Of a stretch of 51,697 nt of DNA, positions 6,954-16,924 are shown piece after piece. Made by a program: the position numbers and the translations under genes. The notes under the pieces are model-generated. The model searched no databases and was not told where the DNA came from. It saw only the letters and a program-made list of their open reading frames with translations. This DNA is from a virus. Taxonomy: Duplodnaviria > Caudoviricetes. Location of the stretch: positions 1 through 51,697 of IMG/VR virus record IMGVR_UViG_3300011336_000274. The stretch is one strand, 5' to 3'. Numbering within the stretch: position 1 is the first letter of the stretch; the number at the start of each line of letters is the position of its first letter.

Positions 6954-9900
6954 CAGGGCTGTACTCGCCCATCAACAAGCTCATGGAGCAGGTCACCCGC
7001 CCCAAAGGCACTGGTGCGGAGTACATGGCCGAGCTGCAGAAGAAGCCCGGCTACAAGCCAGCCGAGGCCGAGGACCGTGACCTGCAGACGCTCATGGCGC
7101 TGCCCCAGATGGAGCGGGCCGCGTTCATGGAGAAGCTCAAGGCGCAGAAGAACAAGTTCCCGCTCAAGCAGCGCGTGCTGGAAGGCAAGCAGACGCACCA
7201 CGAGAGCTACACCCTACCCGGTGGCGAGAACTACCGGGAGATGCTGCTGCACACGCCCATGCCCGAGGGCAAGGGCTTTGAGGGCGTCCCCCAGCACTTT
7301 GGCGGCGCGCCCAACGTCATCGCAAGCATTATGGCCAAGGACCGCACCAGCCCCGAGGGCAAGAAGATACTGCACCTTGAGGAAATCCAGTCGGACTGGC
7401 ACCAAGCAGGGCGCAAGTCGGGCTACCAACCGGCGGACTTGGACAAGCAGATCGCGGAGGTCGCCGCGTGGCGCAAACGCCTTGCGCACAATGGCCGCAT
7501 GGGTGGCTACCACCTAGACCCCGAGGACCGCTTTGAGCATGACAAGGCCGTGGAGGAAGCCGAGGCCGAGCACGACAAGCTGCAGGACCTCAAGGAGATG
7601 GGCGTACCGCACGGCCCCCACGCCAAGGACTGGCACGAGCTGGCGCTCAAGGCCATGATCCAGCACGCCGCAGAGAACGGCTACGACCAGATCGCTATCA
7701 ACCACGGCAAAACAGTGGCGGACCGGCATGGCTTGAGCAAAGTTGTCAAGCATATTGATGCCACGCGATACGCATTGCCGTCATTGGGTCCAGTCGCGGA
7801 TGTCAATATAGCGGGATTAAATGGCGCGCAACTGCACGCAGAATATGGCGCAACCGAAAAAGAACTAGCAAAACTTTTGGGAAAAGAATTGGCTAAAAAA
7901 ATTATTAGCCAGCCTGAAGAATCACCACAAAGACATGAGGGTGAGGACCTTGACATCGGTGGCGAGGGCATGAAGGGGTTCTACGACAAGATGGTGCCCA
8001 CCTTCCTGAACAAGTTCGGCAAGAAGCACGGCGTGCAAGTACAGCAGGGCGCAATCGCTACTGGTGAAGAAAGCATGATTCCCGATAACGCGGGGCTTGG
8101 AATGATTCGGTCAGGCCAACCAAAGATGGCGCCCGTCCACACGTTCGACATCACCCCCGGCATGCGCGAGGACGTGCTGAAGAACGGCATCCCGCGCTAC
8201 GCTGAGGGCGGCGATGTAAATGATGCAGACCGCATGACGCCCCGCAGCCGTGGCCGCACCAGCTTCGGCGCCGCACCTCGTGGCAACCAGATCATCAAAG
8301 AGACGGGCGGCAACTGGATTGGCGGGAGCATTGAGGAGGCGCTGAAGCCCTTAATGTCACAAGGCCCAACTGAGGCAGACCGTGCGTGGTTGGAACAGCA
8401 TGCTCTACAAAATCCACAAGCTGCACGACAAGGCATAGAGGCCATTCCGCGCACTCAGGCCATTAACAACTGGATTGACCGCAACCTTGCCAACTACGTC
8501 AAGAAGCAGATGGCGACCAAGGAAGACCCAGTGCGCAAGCTGGCCGAGCAGGGCATTACGCACCTGCCGCAAGACGCCATAAACAGAGGCCAGTGGGAAT
8601 CGGATCACTTGGGAAAAATACGGCGCAGCGAAGGTTTTCCGGAGTCCGGTTTAGCTACGAACGAGGCTTCACGTGGCTGGGAAAACCTAGCCGACGAGGC
8701 AATCCAGATAACTGCACCCATAGTGGCCAACAAGGAGATGATGGAGGCCAACCCTTGGCTAGCAAAGCTGCCGCCCAACCAGTCGGTGTATCGCGCCCGC
8801 AAGGCAGACATTTCTGAACTCGGGTTTGACCACATCGTGGACGTGCTCAAACAGGACGTCGCGGCAGGCCGCATCCGCCCAGAGCAACTGAACAAGATCA
8901 GCATGGAGCAGGCGGTCCGTCGTGCCTACGAGTTCGACCAAGAGCAGGCCAAGAAGATGCGCGAAACGGCTGTCAAGGCCACCGAGGGTATGCCGGTAGT
9001 CAAGCAGTACGACACAGGGCACAAGTGGATCGAGTTGACCACGCCAAAAAACATGAAATTGCCAGAAGGGTATTCGGTTAAACCAGACCCAATTAGAAAT
9101 CAAAAAACTGGAGCCGTGGACAACAACAGCTACAGGTTGGTTAACAACGAAGGTAAGCTGGTTGGCTGGGGTCAAACTGAAGATGAAGCCGTATCTGCTG
9201 GACTTGGAAAAAAAGTTCTTAAAGACGCCCTCGAGTACGAAGGTGACACCATGGGTCACTGCGTTGGTGGGTATACCCCTGACGTGCTGGAAGGCAAGAG
9301 CCGCATCTACAGCCTGCGTGATGCCAAGGGCGAGCCACATGTGACGATTGAGACTCAGCCCTTGCGTGGTGCTGAATTGGGGCGGCACGCCGCCGACTTG
9401 CCTGATGGCGAAGATGTGGTTGTAATGAAAAACCCGCCGCATCGCATTGTCCAAATCAAAGGTAAGCAGAACCGCGCACCCGATAAAAAGTACCTACCCA
9501 TGGTGCAAGACTTTGTTAAGTCGGGCAAGTGGTCGAATGTGGGCGACGCAAAAAACGCTGGTTTGCGTAAATACGGAGACGTGTTTAACGTCAACGAGCA
9601 ACGGAACATAGAAAAGACAGGAGAACATGTTCCCGAACATGAATGGCTGACGGGGGAGGATATACAACGCCTGCACAACGCCATCACCCCGCCGGGTAAG
9701 CGCTTGAAGTACGATGCCAACGGAAACATCATCGGTAACGAAAGTGGGTACGCCGAGGGCGGCGGTGTTTCACGTGAAACAGCAAAAAGGGGCGTTGCCC
9801 ATTTTTCTCGTGGTGGCAGTGACGTAAGTCCTGCTGTTAATTTGCAGATGGCCCGCGAAGCGGCTGAACGCGAAGGTCAGCATGAAGACCCGCACACGCG

Positions 9901-10975
9901 CTCTTTGCAGCAAGGATGGGAGCACGGTTGGTATCACGGAACCACAGGGGACATACACTCATTTGCCCCCGACTATTTAGGCGAATCAACGGGCGCCCCA
10001 AGTGCCAAGCAAGGGTATTTTTTTGCGCGTGATCCAAGTACCCCGCCAGAGCACATGATGCGCCACAATCCAGATTCGGTTAACTTTTTGATCAAAGCGG
10101 GAAAGCAAGTACCACCCAATCCAACAATGGCTGGAAATGGTCCGCATACCGCAAGCAGTTATGCAGGCACTGGCGGATCGCGTGAATATAAAACAGCAAT
10201 GCGTTTGGCACATGCTGCGGAAAAAAAAGGCGATTGGGACGCACACGCAAAACACATGGAAGACGCCGAGAACGCTGAAATAAAAAGCATGCAATACCGG
10301 CAGCAACTTGTTGCTAGTCACGGCGACGCACGTGACAATATGTATGAGCAAGTAAAAAACGCATGGTATGGCGCCCACAATGCGGACAAATTTAAAAATA
10401 TGTCGCAACCCGCTTACAAGCAGTACGATGATTTATATAGCGAGTTGATGCCTTATGGTTGGCACATGAAACACTCTCCAGAACAATTTGAAAGTGTTAA
10501 ACAGCACATTAAACAGTTAGGTGATAACCCACAAACAAAACGCGCAATTAACGCAATTAACCATTATTTGTCGGTTAGCCATGAACGCAAAGCGGCTGAC
10601 GTGGAATCCGGGGCCAATGTAATCCCAGCGGCGTTGCGGTATTCAAACCCCATGTACCACGATTTTGAAGGTAAGCCGTACCGAGAACAATCGTACAACG
10701 ATTTAATTAAAGAAGCCAAACTAAAAGGCCATGATGCTTTAATTCTAAAAAACACTTTTGATCCGGGCGGTAGTACCTCTGGGTCAAAAATGATTGATGT
10801 GGGCGTGATGTTTCACCCCAAACAAATTCGCAGTAAATTTGCGGCGTTTCACCCAGACCGCGTCCATGAGCCGGATTTACTAGCCGCTAAAGGCGGCGTA
10901 GTCAAAGAGAAAGTTACAATCTCGCCTGACATGGACGTCATGCAGTACGAGCTGATCAACAGGAAAGCAAAATAA
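6950..10975 (+). CDS. large polyvalent protein: EEIQSDWHQ domain, PcfJ-like domain, ADP-ribosyltransferase-like domain
   Basis: LEEIQSDWHQ motif; YEGDTMGHCVGGY...IYSLRD...PHVTIE...QIKGKQN (PcfJ-like); WYHGT...GYFF...ASSYA...NVIP...GHDALI...QIRSKFAAF (ART-like). Confidence 0.75.
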   Translation: MTGLYSPINKLMEQVTRPKGTGAEYMAELQKKPGYKPAEAEDRDLQTLMALPQMERAAFMEKLKAQKNKFPLKQRVLEGKQTHHESYTLPGGENYREMLLHTPMPEGKGFEGVPQHFGGAPNVIASIMAKDRTSPEGKKILHLEEIQSDWHQAGRKSGYQPADLDKQIAEVAAWRKRLAHNGRMGGYHLDPEDRFEHDKAVEEAEAEHDKLQDLKEMGVPHGPHAKDWHELALKAMIQHAAENGYDQIAINHGKTVADRHGLSKVVKHIDATRYALPSLGPVADVNIAGLNGAQLHAEYGATEKELAKLLGKELAKKIISQPEESPQRHEGEDLDIGGEGMKGFYDKMVPTFLNKFGKKHGVQVQQGAIATGEESMIPDNAGLGMIRSGQPKMAPVHTFDITPGMREDVLKNGIPRYAEGGDVNDADRMTPRSRGRTSFGAAPRGNQIIKETGGNWIGGSIEEALKPLMSQGPTEADRAWLEQHALQNPQAARQGIEAIPRTQAINNWIDRNLANYVKKQMATKEDPVRKLAEQGITHLPQDAINRGQWESDHLGKIRRSEGFPESGLATNEASRGWENLADEAIQITAPIVANKEMMEANPWLAKLPPNQSVYRARKADISELGFDHIVDVLKQDVAAGRIRPEQLNKISMEQAVRRAYEFDQEQAKKMRETAVKATEGMPVVKQYDTGHKWIELTTPKNMKLPEGYSVKPDPIRNQKTGAVDNNSYRLVNNEGKLVGWGQTEDEAVSAGLGKKVLKDALEYEGDTMGHCVGGYTPDVLEGKSRIYSLRDAKGEPHVTIETQPLRGAELGRHAADLPDGEDVVVMKNPPHRIVQIKGKQNRAPDKKYLPMVQDFVKSGKWSNVGDAKNAGLRKYGDVFNVNEQRNIEKTGEHVPEHEWLTGEDIQRLHNAITPPGKRLKYDANGNIIGNESGYAEGGGVSRETAKRGVAHFSRGGSDVSPAVNLQMAREAAEREGQHEDPHTRSLQQGWEHGWYHGTTGDIHSFAPDYLGESTGAPSAKQGYFFARDPSTPPEHMMRHNPDSVNFLIKAGKQVPPNPTMAGNGPHTASSYAGTGGSREYKTAMRLAHAAEKKGDWDAHAKHMEDAENAEIKSMQYRQQLVASHGDARDNMYEQVKNAWYGAHNADKFKNMSQPAYKQYDDLYSELMPYGWHMKHSPEQFESVKQHIKQLGDNPQTKRAINAINHYLSVSHERKAADVESGANVIPAALRYSNPMYHDFEGKPYREQSYNDLIKEAKLKGHDALILKNTFDPGGSTSGSKMIDVGVMFHPKQIRSKFAAFHPDRVHEPDLLAAKGGVVKEKVTISPDMDVMQYELINRKAK

Positions 10976-13476
10976 TGGCTGACACCTACGACAACCAAGA
11001 AGACGACGACCTTGAGGCCAACGAAGACGGCTCCGTTGATGTAGAGCTGCCTGAAGACGTCTCTGACGTTACCGAGATGCCCGACGGCTCTGCGGTCGTC
11101 AGCATGGAGGAGACCAGCGGCCCCGAAGAGTCGCCTGACTTCTACTCCAACTTGGCCGAGAGCATCGACACCTACGACCTGACCAACCTTGGCCTGCGCT
11201 ACGTCAACCTGCTGGAGAAGGACAAGAACGCCCGCGAGGAGCGCGACAAGCAGTACGAGGAGGGCATCCGGCGCACCGGTATGGGCAAGGACGCCCCCGG
11301 TGGAGCCAACTTCCTCGGCGCAAGCCGTGTGGTCCATCCGGTGATGGCCGAGGGCTGCGTGGACTTCGCAAGCCGCGCCATCAAGGAGCTGTTCCCGCCA
11401 GACGGCCCCGTGCGCACCAAGATCATCGGCAAGGTCGACGACCTCAAGCAAGAGCGCGCCGAGCGCAAGCGTGACTTCCTGAACTGGCAGATCACCGGGC
11501 AGATCGAGGAGTTCCGAGACGAGCAGGAGCAGATGCTGACCCAGTTACCACTGGGAGGCTCACAATACCTCAAGCTCTGGTACGACGAGACCAAGAAGCG
11601 CCCCTGCGTGGAGTTCCTGCCCATCGACCGCATGATCCTGCCGTTTGCGGCCAGCAACTTCTACACCGCCCAGCGCGCTGCCGAGGTGCATGAGATCACC
11701 GAGTGGGAGTACGACCGGCGCGTGGCCAGCGGCATGTACAAGGACGGCACGCACGTGGTCTCTGGCCAAGAGCCCGAGCAGACCCGCGCCCAGAAGGCCA
11801 ACGACAAGATTGAGGGCCGCAAGTTCCAAGACAACGAGGACGGCCTGCGCAAGGTGTTCCACATCTACACGTGGCTGGAGCTCGAAGACGACAAGGAGTC
11901 CGGTGGCGAGATGGCCCCGTACATCATGATGGTGGAGGAGCAGTCCAGCGAGGTGATCGGGCTGTACCGCAACTGGGAAGAGGGCGACGAGACGATGACC
12001 AAGCTCGATTGGATCATCGAGTTCAAGTTCATCCCGTGGCGCGGCGTGTTCGCCATCGGCCTGCCGCACCTGATCGGGGGCCTGAGCGCGGCCTTGACCG
12101 GTGCCCTGCGCGCGCTGCTGGACTCGGCCCACATCAACAACGCCGCCACAATGCTCAAGCTCAAGGGCGCCAAGATCAGCGGCCAGACCCAGCAGATCGA
12201 GGTCACGCAGGTGGCCGAGATCGAGGGCGCACCCGGTGTGGACGACATCCGCAAGATCGCCATGCCCATGCCGTTCAACCCGCCCAGCCAAGTGCTGTTC
12301 GAGCTGCTGGGCTGGCTGGACAGCGCCGCCAAAGGCGTGGTGACCACGTCCGAGGAGAAGATCGCCGACGTGAACGCCAACGCGCCCGTGGGCACCACGC
12401 AGGCGCTGATCGAGCAGGGCGCTGCCGTCTACTCCGCGATCCACGCCCGGCTGCACCAGTCGCAGGCGCGCCTGATCAAGGTGCTGTGCCGCCTAAACCG
12501 CTGGCACTTCAAGGAGATGCGCAAAAGCGACATGGTGGCCGACTTGGAGATCGAGCGCGAGGACTTCGAGAAGAACACCGACGTCATCCCGGTCAGCGAC
12601 CCGCACATCTTCAGCGAGACCCAGCGCATGGCGCAAATGCAGGCCGTGCTGGCCCGCTCGGACGCCAAGCCCGACCTGTACGACGCCAAGGCCGTGGAGG
12701 AGCGCTTCCTCAAGCAGATCAAGATACCCAACGTCAGCGAGCTGCTCAAGGCGGTCCCTGAACCCGAGCAGCGCACGCTGGCCGACGAGAACGCGGCCAT
12801 GTCCATGGGCCACCCGGCATACGCCTACATCCAGCAAGACCACATCGCCCACATCCAAGGGCACCTGATGTTCGGCATGGACCCGTCGTTTGGCGCAAAT
12901 GCCTTTATCGCCCCGGCCTTCCTGCCCAACGCGGTCGAGCACATCAAGCAGCACATGACGTTGTGGTACTTGAACCGCATGAACGGCTACGTGACTAACC
13001 TGCGCGGCGGCAAGCCCGTGGACGACTACGAGAACCCCAAGCTCACGGCCATCATTGACAAGCTCTACGCCACCGTTGGCCAGCACGTTGCCTTGGACAG
13101 CGAGCAGGTGTTCCAGCAGATTCTGCCCCAGCTCCAACAGCTCCAGCAGACTTTGCAGGCCAACGCCAAGCCCGCCCCGCTGCCGCCTGATGCCCAAGTG
13201 GTCAAGGACACGGCGATGGCCGAGACCCAGCGCAAGGCCGCCAAGGACAAGCAGGACGGCGAGATCGCGCAAGCCAAGCTGCAGGACAGCCAGATGCGTG
13301 GCCAAGCCGAGATGCAGGCCAACACCCAGCGCGATCAGCAGGATGCGCAACTACAATTACAAATCGCGCAGATTAATAATCAGGCGCGCGTTGAGATCGA
13401 GAACGCCAAGTTAACCCACCAGACCATACAGAGTATGGCGCAACCACCCGAAGGAGCCCCTTATGGCAACGTCTAA
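10975..13476 (+). CDS. portal protein
   Basis: 833 aa after terminase; acidic N-terminus, HPVMAExxVDF, PVRTKIIG, APVGTTxALIEQG, Gln-rich coiled-coil C-terminus like P22-type portals. Confidence 0.9.
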   Translation: MADTYDNQEDDDLEANEDGSVDVELPEDVSDVTEMPDGSAVVSMEETSGPEESPDFYSNLAESIDTYDLTNLGLRYVNLLEKDKNAREERDKQYEEGIRRTGMGKDAPGGANFLGASRVVHPVMAEGCVDFASRAIKELFPPDGPVRTKIIGKVDDLKQERAERKRDFLNWQITGQIEEFRDEQEQMLTQLPLGGSQYLKLWYDETKKRPCVEFLPIDRMILPFAASNFYTAQRAAEVHEITEWEYDRRVASGMYKDGTHVVSGQEPEQTRAQKANDKIEGRKFQDNEDGLRKVFHIYTWLELEDDKESGGEMAPYIMMVEEQSSEVIGLYRNWEEGDETMTKLDWIIEFKFIPWRGVFAIGLPHLIGGLSAALTGALRALLDSAHINNAATMLKLKGAKISGQTQQIEVTQVAEIEGAPGVDDIRKIAMPMPFNPPSQVLFELLGWLDSAAKGVVTTSEEKIADVNANAPVGTTQALIEQGAAVYSAIHARLHQSQARLIKVLCRLNRWHFKEMRKSDMVADLEIEREDFEKNTDVIPVSDPHIFSETQRMAQMQAVLARSDAKPDLYDAKAVEERFLKQIKIPNVSELLKAVPEPEQRTLADENAAMSMGHPAYAYIQQDHIAHIQGHLMFGMDPSFGANAFIAPAFLPNAVEHIKQHMTLWYLNRMNGYVTNLRGGKPVDDYENPKLTAIIDKLYATVGQHVALDSEQVFQQILPQLQQLQQTLQANAKPAPLPPDAQVVKDTAMAETQRKAAKDKQDGEIAQAKLQDSQMRGQAEMQANTQRDQQDAQLQLQIAQINNQARVEIENAKLTHQTIQSMAQPPEGAPYGNV

Positions 13477-14038
13477 ACGTATTGCTGTTTACGTCGTCAC
13501 AAACACGGTGAATGGCAAGCAGTACGTTGGCATCACCAACAACCTTTTAAAGAGGTGGAGCGCCCACAGGAAGGCCGAGGGGCGCTGCCCGGCCTTGCAC
13601 AATGCTTTCAAGAAATATGGCATTGACAAATTTGTGTTCACGCACCTGATGGACGTTTTTGATTTGGAGCATGCCAAGGAAATTGAACAGCAATTGATTA
13701 TTGAAAAAGGCTGCAAAGTCCCTAATGGCTACAACGTGTCCGATGGGGGTGAAAGCCGTCAAGGCGTTCCCGCTTGGAACAAAGGAATGACCGGCGGAAC
13801 TTGGCCCGAGAACAGAAAAGGGAAACCAAGCCCGTTGAAGGGCACCAAAATGTCAGAGGAGCAAAAGGCTAAACTGCGTAAGCCAAAGTCCCCTGAGCAT
13901 GCTGCAAAAATTCGCGCAGCCAAACAAAGCGAAGAGGGCCGCAAGGCAAACAGCAGAGCCGGAATTGCAAAAGCAAAGAAAGCCGCTGATCAATTGCTAC
14001 TTAACCTTTCAAAAGGAATTGAAAATGTCAAAAGTTGA
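13463..14038 (+). mobile_element. GIY-YIG homing endonuclease gene (NUMOD3-like tail)
   Basis: AVYVVTNTVNGKQYVG...R...H...E...GYN motif; AT-richer than flanks. Confidence 0.85.
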
Positions 14039-14177
14039 AACTGAACAAAAAACAGGCGCAGTGCGCCAGCACGCTCGTCTCGCCATGGGCGAGAAGCTCG
14101 ACGGCCAGAGCCTGCAGCCCAAGGGCGGCAGCAAACCCGCTGGCGGCTTGAGCGCGCTGGCCAAGAAGAAAAAGTGA
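14025..14177 (+). CDS. small basic protein (50 aa, MSKVETEQK...LAKKKK)
   Basis: AAGGA SD, high GC3 after first codons, GTGA overlap with next gene. Confidence 0.7.
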   Translation: MSKVETEQKTGAVRQHARLAMGEKLDGQSLQPKGGSKPAGGLSALAKKKK

Positions 14178-14344
14178 TCTCAGAGTTAATCCATCAAATC
14201 CAAGTACGGCAGGCGGAGCTTCGCCTGTCCTTTGTACAAAATCCCGTGAGTGATCACACAACATACACACGCATCGTTGGGGAGTATAAGGGCCTGCAAT
14301 GGGTCATGGATGTCCTCAACATGAAACTCGCCGAAAACGAATAA
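14174..14344 (+). CDS. hypothetical protein (56 aa, MISELIHQIQ...VGEYKGL...)
   Basis: GTG start overlapping the upstream stop; YxxxVGxxxGL pattern commonly seen before phage groES; missed by ORF track. Confidence 0.65.
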   Translation: MISELIHQIQVRQAELRLSFVQNPVSDHTTYTRIVGEYKGLQWVMDVLNMKLAENE

Positions 14345-14402
14345 GGCCGCAAGGCCCTAAGCCGCGCTGAAATATGCGCACATTGAACCTGAAATATGGT
14401 TT
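14345..14402 (+). promoter_or_regulatory. three tandem hairpins upstream of groES (GNRA hairpin plus two stem-TGAAATAT-stem elements)
   Basis: GGCC-GCAA-GGCC; GCGC-TGAAATAT-GCGC (14364-14379); AACC-TGAAATAT-GGTT (14386-14401). Confidence 0.65.
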
Positions 14403-14420
14403 TTGTCGATAGGAGTGAGT

Positions 14421-14876
14421 ATGAGTCAAGAAAAGGTTCCCTACATCGTAGGGACGCAACAGGCGTCTGACCCTGCCGAGCTGGCATGGGCATTTCCAGA
14501 CGTACCGGCAGGTCAGGCCCCCTTGGGTGGCCGGGTCATTGTCCAACTTCGCCGCATCAAAAAGAACGCGGGAAAGATCATCTTGGTGGAGGAAACCAAG
14601 GAGAACGAGAAGTGGAACAACATGATCGGACGTGTCGTCGCAATCGGCCCACTGGCTTACCGCAACAGGGACACCATGGCAACATGGCCCGAGGGTAGCT
14701 GGGCGCAGATCGGCGACTTTGTCCGAGTACCGCGTTGGGGAGGGGATCGCTGGGAGCGGCCCGTCGTCGGCGAGGAGAACGGAGACCTTAACCCGGTCCT
14801 GTTCATGACCATCAACGACCATGAGGTAATCAGTAAAATTACTGATGACCCTTTAAGTTTTAAGGTGTATGTATGA
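14421..14876 (+). CDS. groES: GroES/Cpn10-like co-chaperonin
   Basis: PLGGRVIV...GKIIL...GRVVAIGP...GDFV...INDHEVI pattern; AGGAG SD. Confidence 0.85.
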   Translation: MSQEKVPYIVGTQQASDPAELAWAFPDVPAGQAPLGGRVIVQLRRIKKNAGKIILVEETKENEKWNNMIGRVVAIGPLAYRNRDTMATWPEGSWAQIGDFVRVPRWGGDRWERPVVGEENGDLNPVLFMTINDHEVISKITDDPLSFKVYV

Positions 14877-15400
14877 CCCAAAAAGAATACTACGCAAAAA
14901 ACAAAGATGTTTTAAATGAAAAACGTCGGGAGCGATACGCCGCCAATGCTTCCTTGCGAACTCGTATTAAAGACCGCAACGATGCGACTCAAGTTAAATA
15001 TCGTGAGACACAAAAAACGTCTCCAAAAATTAACTTGTCTCGAATGGCAACTCAAGCCAAGCAGCGTGAAGGGGGCGACATTTCCACGGAGTTTTTACTT
15101 AACATGTGGATTGAGCAGGACGGGAAATGCGCGTTATCTGGACTTCAAATGGTTTGGGGGCAGGGTGTTGTAAACGCAATGAACGTATCCATCGATCGTG
15201 TTGATCAAACTCGCGGCTACTACACAGACAACGTAAGGTTGGTTTGTTGGTGCGTAAACTCATTTAGGCAAAAAATGAATGATAGCGAGCTGTTGTACGT
15301 AGCTTCCGCATTGGTGGCGACGTTGCAATCAAAACAAAACACCAGAGAAGTCATAGCAAAGGTCACTGACGACCCGCTGTCCTTCAAAGCCTACGTCTAA
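14873..15400 (+). mobile_element. HNH-like homing endonuclease gene fused to the displaced groES 3' end
   Basis: QDGKCALSG...SIDRVD...GY..DNVRLVC..VN motif; low GC; last 17 aa duplicate the GroES C-terminus. Confidence 0.85.
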
Positions 15401-15409
15401 GGAGATACC

Positions 15410-16360
15410 ATGGCAACAGAAAACAAGGAAGAAATTCTGCGCATTGAAGAGGGTACGGACGGCACCGCTACGGTGGAGCTGCCCGAGGGCATCCTGCCCC
15501 CGGATGAGGATAACTCGGCCCCGGCTGATGACAACGGCGATGATGAAGACCATCCCGATGACAGCGATGCAGTGCGCGCCGCGCGCCGCGCGCGTCGCAG
15601 GTCCAAGAAGGACCTGATCCGCAAGACCAACGTGGAGAAGGACGTGCGGCTGCAGGCCCTTCAACGCGAGAACGAGGAGATGCGCAACCGGCTTTCACGG
15701 GTAGAACAACGCACTCAGGGGGCCGATCTAGCCCGTTTGGACAAGGCCATTGAGGACCAGCAGGTGCGCATGGAGTACGCGCGCATGAAACTGTCCGAAG
15801 CCACCGGTGCAGGGGATGGGGAGAGCGCTGTTAGCGCCCAAGAACTGCTTTACGAGGCCCGTGAACAGCTCCAGCAGCTCAATCGGCTGAAAAAACAGGC
15901 CGATCAGCCCCAACAGCAGCCCGCACCAAGCATAAACCCAAACGTCCAGCGTCAAGCAAGCATCTGGATTGAGCGAAATAGCTGGTACAAACCCGATTTA
16001 TCGGACACCGACAGCAAAATCGCCAAAGTAATCGACGAAGACCTCGTAAAAGAAGGCTGGAGCCCTGATTCCGATGATTATTGGGACGAATTGGACTCCC
16101 GTTTGCAAAAAAGATTACCTCACCGCTATAATGGCGCGTCAGATAAGCGTGATACAGATCGACGAACACCAAGGAATACCGTGGGAAGCTCAGGACGTGA
16201 AGCATCAGCCGCATACGGGGGCACAAACCGCACCTTTACTCTCTCCGCTGAACAAGTGCGAGCGATGAAGGACGCTGGTATGTGGGATAACCCCGAAAAG
16301 CGCGCCAAGATGGTTAAACGATATGCAGCCGAATCACGTAATAATTCCCGGAGTAACTAA
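15410..16360 (+). CDS. capsid scaffolding protein (putative)
   Basis: Acidic N-terminus, long coiled coil, WxxxNxWY, C-terminal LSAEQVRAMK; located before capsid genes. Confidence 0.7.
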   Translation: MATENKEEILRIEEGTDGTATVELPEGILPPDEDNSAPADDNGDDEDHPDDSDAVRAARRARRRSKKDLIRKTNVEKDVRLQALQRENEEMRNRLSRVEQRTQGADLARLDKAIEDQQVRMEYARMKLSEATGAGDGESAVSAQELLYEAREQLQQLNRLKKQADQPQQQPAPSINPNVQRQASIWIERNSWYKPDLSDTDSKIAKVIDEDLVKEGWSPDSDDYWDELDSRLQKRLPHRYNGASDKRDTDRRTPRNTVGSSGREASAAYGGTNRTFTLSAEQVRAMKDAGMWDNPEKRAKMVKRYAAESRNNSRSN

Positions 16361-16362
16361 TC

Positions 16363-16911
16363 ATGACTGAATCACGTCTCAAAAAATCTCTCAATGCTGG
16401 TGGCCGCAATGATCGCGCAAGCGAGGACGCAAGCCGCGCAGCACCTGAAGATAAGTTCGCTTCTACGCAAGAACGTCGCAAGATGTGGAACGAGGAGTGG
16501 ACGCAATCAGCGTTGCCTAAACTACCCAGCCTAAGTGGGTGGCATCTTTGCTGGCTCTCAACAACCAATAGCTACGACTCCATCGACAAAAGGATTCGCC
16601 AAGGGTACGTTCCAGTGAAAACTGAAGAGTTACCCGGGTATGAAGACTTGCGCGTGAAGACCGGTGAGCACGTTGGATACATCTCCTGCAACGAGATGTT
16701 GCTGTTCAAATTACCGATGGATGTCTACCAAGAGATCATGACGTATATGCACGACGAGAAACCCCGTGAGGAAGCGGAAAAAATCCGCGTCCAAGTGGAG
16801 CAACTCCAAGGCGCAAGGGACAGCAACGGCAAGTCGCTGGTGGGCATTGAGGGCGACGGAATGGGCAATTTTGACAAGCAAACCAATCGCATGCCGGTAT
16901 TTTCCGGCTAA
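16363..16911 (+). CDS. conserved head-module protein
   Basis: ORF between scaffold and decoration genes with GGAG SD. Confidence 0.7.
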   Translation: MTESRLKKSLNAGGRNDRASEDASRAAPEDKFASTQERRKMWNEEWTQSALPKLPSLSGWHLCWLSTTNSYDSIDKRIRQGYVPVKTEELPGYEDLRVKTGEHVGYISCNEMLLFKLPMDVYQEIMTYMHDEKPREEAEKIRVQVEQLQGARDSNGKSLVGIEGDGMGNFDKQTNRMPVFSG

Positions 16912-16924
16912 CTAAGGAGTTAAT

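Noticed and set aside
14823-15400. Group I intron interrupting groES (also considered for the other endonucleases)
   Set aside because: Host genes are complete without splicing and there is no non-coding room for a ribozyme core around the ORFs
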